A DNA stretch of 64,000 nucleotides from Tubiluchus corallicola. Taxonomy: Eukaryota; Animalia; Priapulida. The stretch lies in contig JAQGDQ010000267.1 in the NCBI GenBank assembly GCA_030141605.1, positions 249,115-313,114 of the forward strand, read 5' to 3'. Positions 1 through 12,775 of this stretch are shown here, piece after piece; within the stretch, counting starts at the first letter, position 1, and each line of letters starts with the position of its first letter. Both the position numbers and the translations under genes were made by a program. The notes beneath the pieces were generated by a model. It did no database searches, was not told the origin of the DNA, and saw only the letters and a program-made list of their open reading frames with translations.

Positions 1-1132
1 CCGTTGTAACAACAAATATACACTGTGAAAAGGCATCATAGTACAATATGTCAGTAGATGATGTCATATCCTTGGAAACCATGTTGATGATTGATCTTCC
101 TGCTATGGCAGAGGTCTTTCCAATGCACACAAATACTTGAATTTCCCAATTTTTAGTTAAATGTTACTTATATCGTTATGCAAGCTAACCTAGTGAAGAA
201 ACTGTTTGAACTACTTTTAAATTTTTGTTCATTTCCTCTATAACATCAACTTTTGTTTTTGCACATTGGATAATTAAATCAAGCAGGTGTTCATTTTCAA
301 AAATTTCTAAAACAAAGCTCTACTAAACATGTTAAAACAATGAACAGTGGTGATAATGAGAACAACAAGGTTTAATGACAATGGCAACAGACAATTCACA
401 ACAAACTAGTAAGTGCACAATTTGATGAAACAAAAAAATTATAATTGATGCTCATCAATCTAAAGTTTTAATGGCAGAAATCTAGCACAGTTAAAAAAAC
501 CATGGCTCATTTATTGGGTGAAAATTAAAAATTAAAAAGATTGACTGAAAAATAATTATCAAGTAACGTCGTACCAGGTTCATGTATGGTATTTTACCTG
601 CCACTGTTATATTGGAGAGTATAGATATACCCCTATATTGATAATAGCCATAAACATTATAACAGCTAGAACTACTACAACTTCTTTTTGAATTATATAT
701 AAAGAATTAGTTGGGTTTAATCATCAATACTAAATTTCTTAAGCATCCACATAGCCCTAGCAGCTCACAACAAGTACAAAAAAGAAACTATGTAATAAAC
801 ATACATCAGCACTCTGTAGGAATGGTAAAAATTCAAGTTTTAGACAAAATATGAGCCACTTAACATACATTTTATCTCAGATACAATAGATATGCTGGAT
901 ATGTTAACAAAAATGCTTTTGGTAAACAGCTAATTGGAAATGTCACTTAACTGTTAAATTTAATGCTGCATTGAACCAGTTCACTAGGTTTCTTCCGGTA
1001 AAGATGTTTACATAAAAAATTTTGCTCAAAAATAAAAAAAGTGAGTAAAACTGAACAAACTTGCAATAAGGAAGACTAGATTGCTTCATTTTGCAAGAGC
1101 ATAACAAATGGTGCAACTTTGGTCAGTGTCGC

Positions 1133-4100
1133 TTATACATCCACTGTATCGTCAACATTATCTTCCAATTGATGATTTCTTTCATCCTCTGTTTTTTTTT
1201 CTTCATTTTCATGTGAAGTCTTCTTTTCAATTTCTGCAAGGTTTTCGCCAGATCTCTTTTTCAAGATTTCGCTAGAATCCTTCTTTTCAATTTCTCCTGA
1301 CAACTTTTTGTCAACTCCTTCACTAACATCACCTGACTCCTTCTTTTTTACTTCTGTCACGACTTCACTAGATTTTCGTCGCTCAATTTCATCGGATCGT
1401 TTTTTTTCCAGATCAGTTGGTTCTCTCTCTTCCAGGTCACCCGACTTCTTTTTTTCAACTTTTACACTAGTTTCACTTGATTTCTTTTTTTCAAGTTTAC
1501 CAGATCCAGTCTTTCCAATTTCACCAGATGTCGTTTTTTCAATTTCTCCAGATATTTTCTTCTCAATTTCACCAGACATTGTTTTTTCAATTTCTCCAGA
1601 TCTTTTCTTCTGAATTTCACCAGACGTTGTTTTTTCAATTTCTCCAGATCTTTTCTTCTCAATTTCACCAGACATTGTTTTTTCAATTTCTCCAGATCTT
1701 TTCTTCTCAATTTCACCAGATGTCGTTTTTTCAATTTCTCCAGATCCTTTCTTCTGAATTTCACCAGACGTTGTTTTTTCAATTTCTCCAGATCTTTTCT
1801 TCTGAATTTCACCAGACGTTGTTTTTTCAATATCTCCAGATCTTTTCTTCTGAATTTCACCAGACGTTGTTTTTTCAATATCTCCAGATCTTTTCTTCTG
1901 AATTTCACCAGACGTTGTTTTTTCAATTTTACCAGATCTTTTTTTCTCGATTTCACCAGATGTCTTCTTTTCAATTTCCCCAGATTTCTTCCTTCCAATC
2001 TCTCCTGATTCCTTCTTTTCGAGGTCGCCTGACATTGTCTTCTCAATTTCGCTTGATTTCTTTTTAACTACTTCAACCGATTTTTTTCGTTCAGCTTCTA
2101 TTTCCTTCACTTTGTCTTCTTCTAAACTTGTAAGCTTAGAATCAAAGTCCTCATCTATACCCGACATTGTGTACTCAGACAATTTTGTACACTTCCAGTG
2201 TGAGGTAAGCTGTGGTGGTTGTTCCTCCTCCATCTCATCCTCATCGACTGGAATCTCCTTCACGACATAATCTCCATGCTGTTCGCACCCAGTTTCAAAT
2301 ACGTATTTCCCTGGTCCAGCAGGAATGTCATTGACAAATTTGCCCATATACCTGTGGTTTCTGTGAATGATGAGGCAAGTACCATCACGCTTACCATTCT
2401 CCCACATGCCTATGTATTTGCTACCAGTTTCAGCATGGGTGTAAGTACCCTTACCATGGCGAACATTGTCACGCCACTCTCCCTCATAGATGTCACCATT
2501 GATATATTTGTATATACCATGACCGTTGCGTTGGTCCTCATTCCAGCTTCCTTCATACTGTGAGCCATCAGGATAGATAAAGGTACCTTGGCCATACTTT
2601 TTGCCAAATGCATACTCTCCAATGTATCGTGCTTTACTTCGAAACCTGGTAAAGAAAACTGTGAGAATGTTACCTATCTTTAAAAAAGCACGAATGGTTT
2701 AAATACAATGTCACATTCATGCACTTAAATCAGTAATAAATTGTAGGACCTGTTTGCTGAGGTGAGATTGCTGTTCTGAACAGTTGTGCACAAGAATAGT
2801 GTGCCCAAGACAATCATTTCCTCTCCTTCTTTAAAAATAGCTACCAGGCAATATAAGATATTTTTAATTAGTAAATATTCAATGGCGTAGAAGACCAGAG
2901 GTCTTTTCTCTTTTTTGTGCACGTGTGTCTTTTTGCACTAGTGTTTTTCTTTTACTAATAGGTATCTTTACGACTTTTGTTACTTCAAAATTATTCATTC
3001 ATCACAGCCTATATCTGTATCTGTTTCCACTTGGAAAATAAGCCATTGAATGCTCTTAGCTTATAGCTAGCACATACCAGTGATACAAAAAATTTTGAAT
3101 GTATTATTGTAGCATTAATTTTGGTATTGAATCACTTACATTCTTATAATTTGCCCCCCCCCTTCCCCATAGCCCATCTTTAATGGTTATGATGGCTACA
3201 TTACTACCATCAATTATATCTAAATATTCTATACAATTATAGTTATTACTACAAGTATAATCTCCCCCACTTAAATTTGGGTACATATATGTGTATATGT
3301 GTATATGTGTATATGTGTATCGTTGTATATACAAGTAATATGGTGCATTGTAATACAAGTAAGTGGTGCATTGACAGATAATCACATAATTCAAATTCGT
3401 AACTATTTAAATTTTTTTTCACTCTTTAAGGCTCACACAAAGTCGTAATTACATATAATGTTTTCCTTTCTCAACTTTCAGGTTTATTGCTCTTATATAA
3501 TTGCTATTATTACAACATTATTACATCCTTATTTACATTAAGTTATCTACAGAAGCATGGATAACTATAATCATTTTTTTCATTTAAGTAAGGTGAGTGT
3601 GTTAATGACCGTATGGTCGCACACTCACCTCGCACTACTCAAATTATTTTATTTAAAATTTATTAATGTGTTTGATATTGTATTTTTTGATGTGTGAAAT
3701 AAAATTCATAGTTCATAGTGCATTAAATCTGACATTACTAATACAAAGGGTACAATTAAGTGTAGAAGAATGATTTTTTTATATAATTGGGGGCTTGAGA
3801 AAACTGCATTTTCTCATTTTCTTAAATGTCACACAGCCTGGTTGTGTGAGTGCATATCTGAGACTGAAATAAAATATATGGACACAAACATAATATTTTC
3901 ATAAAACTTATAAATTACTTAATATTTACAACAACATAAATATTGGTAGAATGCAGCTATTAGTCAAAACACCTTCACAAATGTGACATTTCAGGAACTT
4001 GCACGAAAGTTGTTTTATTTTGAATTGAAAACATATTTAGAGATATACTCTAATTTACATAAAAAAATTTTTTTGATGGGTTATTTCAAGTAGCAAATAA

Positions 4101-5404
4101 AACTTCAAGAAAAAGCATGGTTAAGTCCCGACAATCACAAAATGTTCTATGACCAGCTAAGTACACTTTGTTGCAAATGGTCTATAAATTTTCCCAGAAT
4201 TTGTTACAAATATGTTCTGTAATTTTGGTAACTAGTGGGAGTTATATGCTAAACACTTTTTAAAGTTGTTACCATCTTTTTACAACAGCTGTATTTGGAA
4301 TTCGTAAAACCTGCTGTTATACAGTTTCTATTCATCTTCCTTCTGAAAAATTGCACATTAATAATGTTAATTTGTGTTCATTATCTGAGCAACAGGCTAT
4401 GATGGTGCCAAATTCATGCACATGTTTCCAATCATAGGCAGTTTTTCACAACTATGGACAAGCAAGTAGTATGCCCACCTTTATTACAGAAATTTAGGTT
4501 CTACACTTATAAATATTATAATGTATACACATACATGTATATGTGTTTCATCAGCACAGTAACAATAAACTGGGTGCAGCAGTCTATTGAACATTAGTGG
4601 CAGTGTCCGTTAATTGTCCTTGTTTATTTACAAATAATAATTGAAAATGTCTATATAATTTGAATAATTTATTAAATACAACTGATAAAATAAAATAATG
4701 TTATTCTGAGCTAGTCAATTCAGCAATATTAAATTTGGCATCAAGATAAATCTTTTTGAGGTGAAATAAGGCCACTTTTAGGCAATTCCAACATTTGGTT
4801 AAGATATATCATCTACTGATATAAGTTAGTATGAGTTAAACACCTGGTCAAGCAAGTTTTCGTGATGCCAAACGGACGGTAACTCAGCCAACAAGCTTAA
4901 TAAAATGAAGAAACATACAGAATTTTTAAAAATTTGTCAATATTATCGATGTAAAGTTAAAGATCTCTCAAAGAAATCACCAGTGCGCTACTTGGGCTAC
5001 TCACATACAGCACTGGTTTTCCACAAATTTTGCGCATGAGCTTTAGCGCAACTGCCCTACATCGGCTAGGTCACTACTCCGCGCCCTCGGAAAACTGTAC
5101 ACATGCATCTATTCTAGAAACAAACACAGGTCGCACAGGATTAATTCACAGGCCAAAGCATAAAAGGATGTGATAGATACTTAATTTTTGACTAATGAAC
5201 GGTAATAATTACAATATTTTGTAACCTGTATGTTCCTTGCCCATGCCTTTTCCCATGTTCGTATTGTCCCTCGTATTTGTCGCCGTTGGGTAACGTAGCT
5301 TTCCCGAAGCCGTGCCTCTCTTCCTCCTCATTTCTATCGCCTTCATATGTTCCCAGGTTAGGTTCTAGCTCTTCTTCTAAGTCATCTGACCCAAAATCTG
5401 ACAT
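1133..5404 (-). CDS. RSPH1: Radial spoke head protein 1 homolog (MORN repeats) with long charged repetitive C-terminal tail; exons 5404-5226 and 2645-1133 (~563 aa)
   Basis: [60 protein letters not shown] joins in phase 2 (AG|GT...CAG|G) to [11 protein letters not shown]...[14 protein letters not shown]...[14 protein letters not shown] and runs into the 424-aa ORF; consecutive MORN repeats and GPGKYVF..GCEQHG.Y are typical of RSPH1. Confidence 0.9.
1490..2030 (-). repeat. Coding minisatellite: 24-bp units forming a 48-bp dimer ([16 protein letters not shown])
   Basis: Repeated units such as tcaccagacgttgtttttttcaatttctccagatcttttcttc inside the RSPH1 ORF. Confidence 0.9.
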
Positions 5405-5477
5405 TTTGACGAAAATATTGTGTAAAGTTACTAAATTACGAGACAAACACACATTGAAATTATTGCTGGTGATCTCT

Positions 5478-5492
5478 GTTTCTAGTGACAAC
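5478..5492 (-). promoter_or_regulatory. Candidate RFX X-box upstream of RSPH1
   Basis: GTTGTCACTAGAAAC (minus strand), imperfect GTT..AAC palindrome ~75 bp upstream of the ATG of a motile-cilia gene. Confidence 0.5.
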
Positions 5493-6429
5493 AAACGTAG
5501 CCAAGACGTGTGGCGCGATTGAAGTGTGCTTCCATCGAGCGGCAAGCGTTGAAATCATTGTTCTTGCCAGTAAGCTAATATTGACTCTAATTTTGCAAAC
5601 TAGGTTCATTTCAAAAGCGATGTTAAAATTATTAGTTTTCCTACACAAAATGAAACTTTTTATAATTTGTTATCTAGACAGGATAACGGTTATGGTTACG
5701 TTTTAATCGACTAATAATAGTAGTAGTTTATTGACTCAAAAAGGTCTAACATGATATCATTTATATCTATTCCAATATATGACGGATAACTCAGAAAGAT
5801 TTCATTATTATGGGTTATAAATAGATGCATGTTATTAGAAAATATACATTCTACAGTCAGGAAAAGAACTGCCCGAAATAGAAAATTATAAAACAAATAA
5901 GTATATCCATAATCTCTAACCTCTCTGCAAACGCTGAGTTTTCTACTGTATGTTCGATGCTAGTACCCTTAGTTATAGATGCCTATATGTTTTTGTTCTA
6001 CATTGTATTTGTATATACTGTATATAATGCATCAAAAATCGTTATAATTATTGTAGTTAAAGTGCATGGAGAACAGATCATTTGGGCGTGGCCTCGACAA
6101 TGAGTCTTCTTTGATTGCTTAGTTACAATATTATTATACTGATTTGTGAAATTTAGCTACTGCAGGTAAACAATTTTTTGTGAACACGATCGAGAATTTG
6201 CTATATAATGTAAAAAACGCTGCAGCTGAACGAAGTATTTCATGCATTTCAGCACAATAATGCATTTCACAAGCGATGTCATGAAGAAACTTATAATTAT
6301 TGTTAATCTTAAAAGTGATAATTATGTGTTAAGCATTTTAGTTCTTTAATTGATCTGCTTTCCTTCTAGTACGTAGCTAGCATTATATAAACAACTTAAC
6401 GACGCATTCCACGTCTATTTTATCTAAAG

Positions 6430-7720
6430 CATACCAGAAGTCTTTTGTGGGCTATGTGGCATTATGGACATAGCGGTTGACTAATATGATGAAGCGAAAT
6501 TTCTCTAAAAGACTTTCCAGACCCATACCCAACCCATAGCTCTGAAATATTCAGCTGATTGAAGAGTTGAATCGCAAGAAAAACCACATCTGTGTCCACT
6601 GTTTTTAAATAGGCCTTCTTAAGCCCCTGTTTAATGGCGTGATACAAGTGAAGGATCGTCCGTATGTCTGCTTTTTCCTGTTGACAAGGAGACAAGTCTG
6701 TTACAGCAGCTGCTCTGTTTCTGAGCACAATGTTGGCTTTTATTAGGAGACGATACTTTGAACCAAGGGTATCTTTTATCAAGGAACTGAAACAACTCAT
6801 TTTTGCCATTCAGTTCCGTTTGACAGACGCGTTTTTGCTGAAAACCCTGAAAGTTTCAGCAAAATAATAAAAAAATAAAATAACCCTGATCATAAAGTTT
6901 CCACAAAACAGATAGCTTGTGAGGAAAACAATCAAACTGGACATATGCTGCAAGCTAAGCAGTTACCACAGGATCACAGGGCAGTTGGTTTGACATTGTT
7001 TCTGACTTGGAAATAGGTGCACAAGCAGTGGTCTTGAGCTTTTTATAATATGCTTTGTGATAATGAATATCTGCTGGTTCTGCATCCTGAGCATTAACTG
7101 TAATATTTAACCAAGCATGAGCACCCTGTTCTGAGCTTCCATAGCCGCTTTCAAGAGATTTTCTTCCACAATTAGCACTATCTGCAGAATACATTGGTTC
7201 TTCACAACTCTGCTTCATATTTTTCACTGTAGACACATTGTGAGTTTTTGCTATCAAGAACTTGCATTAAAACTCAACATCTTTTCTTGGGGGTAAATTA
7301 TGTTCACTCTCATGCTGCCTTCTTTGCCTCCTCTGCAGTTCTCTCTGCACCATATTAAAGCGAAACAAAGTTCGACATCAATTGTGATACATTGCTTTGT
7401 TTCTCAGGCATATGTTGACAATTCCTGAATCATCCATTAAACACTTCAAATTCATTACTAGACTCAAGCCAACATCATTTCCGAGAAACTTCTTTAACTC
7501 GTTTTCTAAGGTTTCGTATGCTTTGTGAAGACATTCCATGTTAAATGAAATCTCGAGTCTTCTGTGTGACACATATACTTGAAACTTACTAAACCGTGAT
7601 GACTATGCAACAAACAACAAGGTGAAATAATCTTTACGCCTACATATAAATTGAGTTGTTTTCTGAGATATCGAATGGGCTCACTGTTTGCACAAAGGCT
7701 TCCCATCACCAGTCAATATG
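6430..7720 (-). mobile_element. Degraded DNA-transposon-like coding fragments
   Basis: Broken ORFs with QEKADIRTILH...KTVDTDVVFLAI...ELWVGYGSGK and ADIHYHKAYY, resembling EEADTR/DTDV and YHxxC motifs of common TE-derived invertebrate proteins; superfamily not assigned. Confidence 0.55.
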
Positions 7721-7898
7721 GAATACGCCGTTTGTGCATTTTTTACCAATTGCTTTACAGTTCTAACCAACCTATTATCTGGAATTGACAATTCAGGTCC
7801 GTTCTTTAAAATCCATTAAAGGTGTCCTAACAAAAAACAATGTTATACAATTTGCCTTTTTTGCTGCATATATATTAAAGAGGTAGAATTGATTTCAG

Positions 7899-8002
7899 TA
7901 CCAAGATTTTTAAAGGAACCAGAAGATGGGGAGGTGGTCGAATATCAAGCATTTTTATTGGATTGTGTCGTAGCAACTCTGAAACATTACAGTGAGTATA
8001 GG
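7899..8002 (+). pseudogene. Isolated Ig-domain N-terminal half-exon, copy 1
   Basis: ttcag|...|gtaag, 104 nt, reads PRFLKEPEDGEVVEYQAFLLDCVVATLKHYSEYR (Ig-like P.F...P.D...L.C; the W position is Y). Confidence 0.5.
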
Positions 8003-8084
8003 GTAAGCATCGTTGCTACTAATTTGCTTTAGATTTAATTGGTATTAACGTGCTGAAAGCTGGACTCATAAATGATTTTTAGCA

Positions 8085-8351
8085 TGAGTGAGCGATTGAG
8101 TGAGTAAGTGAAGATATGATTAACTAAACAATCAAACAAGGAAGCTTGTGAGTGAATGATGGGTGAGTGCGGTGTGAGTGAGTGAGTAAGCAAGCAAGCA
8201 AGTGAGCAAGTAGGTGAGTAATTAAAAAAGTAAATAAATAAATTAGTAATTAAATAAAAAAATAAATAAATAAGTAAGCAAGCAAGTAAGTAAATTAGTA
8301 AGAGAGTAAGTGCGTGAGTAACTGAGTGAGTGAGTGAGTGAGTAAGTGAGT

Positions 8352-8398
<47 letters not shown>

Positions 8399-8489
8399 GA
8401 GCTAATGACCAAGCGAGTGAGTGAGTGGTGAGTGTGCAAGTGATCAAGCAAGGGAGTTAATGAGAATGTGGTGAGTTAATGTGTGTGTG

Positions 8490-8521
<32 letters not shown>

Positions 8522-8535
8522 TGTGTGTGTGTGTC
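8085..8535. repeat. Compound GAGT/AAGT/GA/GT microsatellite
   Basis: Direct inspection. Confidence 0.95.
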
Positions 8536-9857
8536 AAAGAAAGTGCGAAATAAACCTTTCGACTGTGACTTTTTCACATTAAGGCATTTTGTATAGTAGT
8601 ATATAAAGTGCATAAAGTTACTTTTCATCAAATGCACAAAATGACTTAGTCAGTACGTGTAATAAATTAAGCAAGCAGTTCAAGTAAACCAGTGAATTAA
8701 TTGTTCTATTGGTAATGTGCCATCTCTGACATGCTACTCATTCACGTAGGCCACTTCCCATACCTGGAAAGACTGCCTTCCAAACATACACTTTGAATAG
8801 GAGCGCCTAATTTGGCTTTTTGGAAACTTACAAAAAGAGTCTTTGAGAGCAGAAATTTAAATGAATCTTATTTTTTATCAAGTTGTCATATTCTCAGCCT
8901 TGCTGTATGTAGCTGTGAAAGTTTAATTCTACATTTATCGTGGTATCAAGCAGCTTGAACTTTGCCCAGCAACAAGCCTTTCCCATATTTCTAAATTTCG
9001 AACAAATCTAGTATATTATCAACAGCGCTACCTTGAAAGAGAGAAGGCATCGATTCCATCATATTGAAACACTGTCTTCACTGGTCACGACATTGCCATA
9101 ACTATGCTCAACGGTGAAAAAAACAGAAATCGAAAACCAAGCTTAGCAGTATTCCCACTGGCATCGGTACATCCACAATGGAATTTTGAAACAGAAAAAG
9201 AGAGAAGAAAAGTGGCAACCGGGCAAAATAAAGAATCAACAAAGTCAACTGCACCATCAAAAAGTTTCGAATGCCTTCTTGGTCAAAAAGTCAAACGTGC
9301 ACAGCAAATTAAAATGTACCTTGTTCACGCACACACACGCACACGCATACCCACGCACGCACGCACGCACACACACACACACATTTGTGTATATATATGC
9401 ATACAGTATTAGCAAACACATAAAAACAGTTGTCAACTTTACAGGGGTCATAGTGTTAATCTGGGGAAATTTTGGGTTCCGGTTATTCTGTCATGCAGAA
9501 AATTCATCACACAACTTTTGTACTTTCTATGTGACACATAAAAGTAAAACTTGTACAAAACTATGATCAAGATGTCATAATTAATAAGGTGCAATAATCT
9601 TTTTGTGTAAATATAAATTCATTTACTTTATGTGACATCGAATGACTTACTGTTGGCGCAAATGCTCCCATCACCAATCGCTACCGAATAATACTATTTG
9701 TGCATTTTTACCAATTAGCCTACCAATCTGACCAAACTACAATCTGGGTTAAGCTGTATAGATCAATTCTTTAAGATGTGTGTCGTTACAAAAACCATAT
9801 GATACAATTTCCTTTTATTTTTCAGTACATCTATTAAAGAAGTAGAACTAATTTCAG

Positions 9858-9961
9858 TTCCAAGATTTTTAAAGGAACCAAAAGATGGGAATTGGAGTGA
9901 AACGCAAACATTTGTCTTGGATTGTGTTGTGGCAAACCCGAAACGTTGCAGTGAGTGGAGG
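9858..9961 (+). pseudogene. Isolated Ig-domain N-terminal half-exon, copy 2
   Basis: ttcag|...|gtaag, 104 nt, reads PRFLKEPKDGNWSETQTFVLDCVVANPKRCSEWR; paralogous to 7899-8002 including flanks. Confidence 0.55.
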
Positions 9962-10059
9962 GTAAGCATCATTACTATTAATTTGCTTTAGAATTAATTG
10001 GCATATATGTGCTGAAAGGTAGACTAAAATGATTTCGGCATGTTATTAGAGTGTGGGGG

Positions 10060-10600
10060 GGTGAGCGAGTAAGTGAAGGTATGAGCAAAAGTAAGCAAGT
10101 ATGCGAGTGATTGAGTGAATGAATAAATGAGTGAGTGAGTGCATGACTAAGTGAGTGAGTAAGTAGGTAGGTAGGTGGGTTGGTAGGTAGGTAGGTAGGT
10201 AGGTAGGTAGGTACGTACGTAGGTAGGTTGGTAGGTAGGTAAGTAAGTAAACAGATAAGTAATTAATTTAGTAGGTAGGTAAGTAAATAAGTAAGTGAGT
10301 GAGTGAGTGGGTGGGTGAGTAAGTAAGTAAGTAAGTAAGCAAGCAAGCAAGTAAGTAAGTAAGCAAGCAAGCAAGTAAGTAAGTCAGTAGTTAAGTAAGT
10401 AATGTAGCAAGTAAGTAAGCAATAGGTAAATAAATTAATTAGTGTGTGAGTTGGTGAACAAATGAAAGAGTTAGTCAGTGAGTGAGCATGCAAGTGAGTT
10501 GGTGAGTGAGTATGAGTGTATGTCTGCATGTGTGAGTGTGTGAGAAAGTAAGTAAGTAAGCAAGCAAGTAAGTAAGGAAGTAAGGAAACAAAGAAACAAG
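10060..10600. repeat. Compound tetranucleotide microsatellite (GAGT/AGGT/AAGT/AAGC)
   Basis: Direct inspection. Confidence 0.95.
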
Positions 10601-10601
10601 T

Positions 10602-11010
10602 ATTTAGCAACTAATTTATTAAGAAATGAAGTCAGCTCGGAAACAATAACAAGTACTTTACCTACGAAGGTAAAGCCTGCCATTAGACTAAACATTCCAA
10701 ACCATCCTAGTGTGTCGTCAATGTAGAAGACAAAACAGCTCCTATAATTGATGTAACGGCCTATTAAAATAAAATGATTACATAAGCTACTAAGTGCACA
10801 CAAGTAAGGACTAAACAATAAAAAATCTTAAGGCTAGTATGCCGGTTGGCGATAGCAATGAAGTTCCAAAAATCATCTAATAGCCTAATGATGTTAAAGC
10901 AGTTTTTTTACTCACACTAAAATAGTTTATCTAGACTACAGATAAGCGCAGTTAGACTAACACTCACATTTGAAACTGCCAGTTTATTGAAAATGCTCAT
11001 TATGAAAACT
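10602..11010 (-). pseudogene. Displaced copy of the penultimate MFS exon plus intron flanks, frameshifted
   Basis: Near-identical to 31571-31980; 1-bp deletion in the exon (tgtgtcgtca vs tgtgtctgtca). Confidence 0.85.
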
Positions 11011-11376
11011 CAATGCGTATGTTTACACTATATGAAAGTGGATAGGTACTTCCATGCAAACATGTGCTACAAAAATAAAATGTTATGTTATTAATTAATT
11101 TAGTTCGCCTTTTCTGAGTTCAAGATGTAAAGTGTGGTGTCAGGTATACATTCTATTCTATGTACATCATCGCATTCTGTATACATTGTATTTTATGTAC
11201 CTGGTCATATTCTGTATACATTATATTCTATGTACAGTGTGGTATCCGGTATACATTCTATTCTATGTACATCATCATTTGTATTCTAGATACAAAGTGT
11301 CAAAAACGCATAGACTCGTTCCACTTTTAAGTAATTAGGTAGGTATAAATGTGCAAATTACATCTTAGAGAAACTT

Positions 11377-11652
11377 TGGTGGTCTGTTGGTAGAGTGCTT
11401 GGCTACCAATCCAGAGGTTCTGAGTTCGAATCCCGCTCTAGTCTGGGTGTTTTCGAGCCACTTCCCACTCGAACAAGGCTCTTGGGTTGCCTTCCTATGT
11501 CGCTCAGTCTTAACGTTCCTACATGGTCGTTCTGCTGGGGGAAGAAACACGGCCGAACAACAGGCTAGCCACCTGTCCTCCTTGTGTGCTGAGGATAGGA
11601 ATATAGATGTTGTGTCAATCTATCCCAAACATGGACCTTTCTTCTTCTTCTT
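11377..11652 (+). mobile_element. tRNA-derived SINE
   Basis: A-box-like TGGTCTGTTGGTAGAG, B-box GAGTTCGAATCCC, unique body, (CTT)n tail. Confidence 0.8.
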
Positions 11653-11699
11653 ACGTCTGTATTTTCAGGAACATTCTTACCATGTTTTATGATAAATAA

Positions 11700-12522
11700 A
11701 ACAAAACACTGTTCATTGTAACATAACGACAAACTGCCTTTACTATCAGACAAGTAGTTCTAAACATCCTCCCAAAATGCTGCTTTTTGATTTGCAGGAT
11801 TACAATTACAATAGTTCCTAATTATATTGAAAGTGAACCCTATTCATTGTAATATGTGTATCAATAAGTACTGGTATATAGATACGTTTGAACGTACTCA
11901 AAAATGCCTTTGATTCACGGCATTACAATTACAATAATTCATATTTACATTCAAAATGAACACTATTCATTGTAACATGTATAACAATAAGTACTTCTAT
12001 ATCATAAACGTTTGAACGTACTCAACAATTCTTTTGATTTTCAGTATTACAATAACTCATGTTCACAATGAAAGTGAACCCTATTCATTGTAATATGTGT
12101 AACAATAAGTACTGGTATATAGATACGTTTGAACGTACTCAAAAATGCCTTTGATTCACGGCATTACAATTACAATAATTCATATTTACATTCAAAATGA
12201 ACACTATTCATTGTAACATGTATAACAATAAGTACTTCTATATCATAAACGTTTGAACGTACTCAACAATTCTTTTGATTTTCAGTATTACAATAACTCA
12301 TGTTCACAATGAAAGTGAACCCTATTCATTGTAATATGTGTAACAATAAGTACTGGTATATAGATACGTTTGAACGTACTCAAAAATGCCTTTGATTCAC
12401 GGCATTACAATTACAATAATTCATATTTACATTCAAAATGAACACTATTCATTGTAACATGTATAACAATAAGTGCTTGTATGTCATATATGTTTGAACG
12501 TACTCAAAAATACTTTTGATTC
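11700..12522. repeat. Tandem array of alternating 124/117-bp monomers (241-bp dimer)
   Basis: tttgaacgtactc at 11887, 12011, 12128, 12252, 12369, 12493. Confidence 0.95.
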
Positions 12523-12775
12523 ACTAAGAAAATACATTTGGTAATTGCCAGGTGCATCAATATGTGCCTGACCACATTTCTTGACTGGTAAATAATTTTT
12601 GCTGCCACCTGCATTGTCTGATTTAACCAGCATCCCGATGATTGGTATTCATTGCTCCCCCAGTTGCCAACCGCACCCATGTTCTCCCTACATCTTCACT
12701 TGAGCTACTGGTCCTGAGACCTGTTTACAGAGATGACGAACGAGACGTCATTGAACTGTGGATGATTGGATATGT
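12490..12775 (-). pseudogene. Degenerate C-type lectin domain, paralog of 14049-14428
   Basis: RTSSSSEDVGRTWVRLATGGAMNTNHRDAG* / frameshift / SDNAGGSKNYLPVKKCGQAHIDAPGNYQMYFLSESKV aligns with WTSGADEHEESVWVWLATGGTMDPALWDASEPNGGTSENH...NDAPKSNLAYFVCESEL. Confidence 0.75.

Noticed and set aside
1308-2067. Overlapping repetitive ORFs in other frames
   Set aside because: By-products of the 24-bp coding minisatellite
2410-2622. Apparent frameshift or separate ORF in RSPH1
   Set aside because: The true frame is open from 2645 to 1133; the 70-aa ORF is a shadow frame
11377-11450. Functional tRNA gene
   Set aside because: No proper acceptor stem; continues into a SINE body and simple-repeat tail
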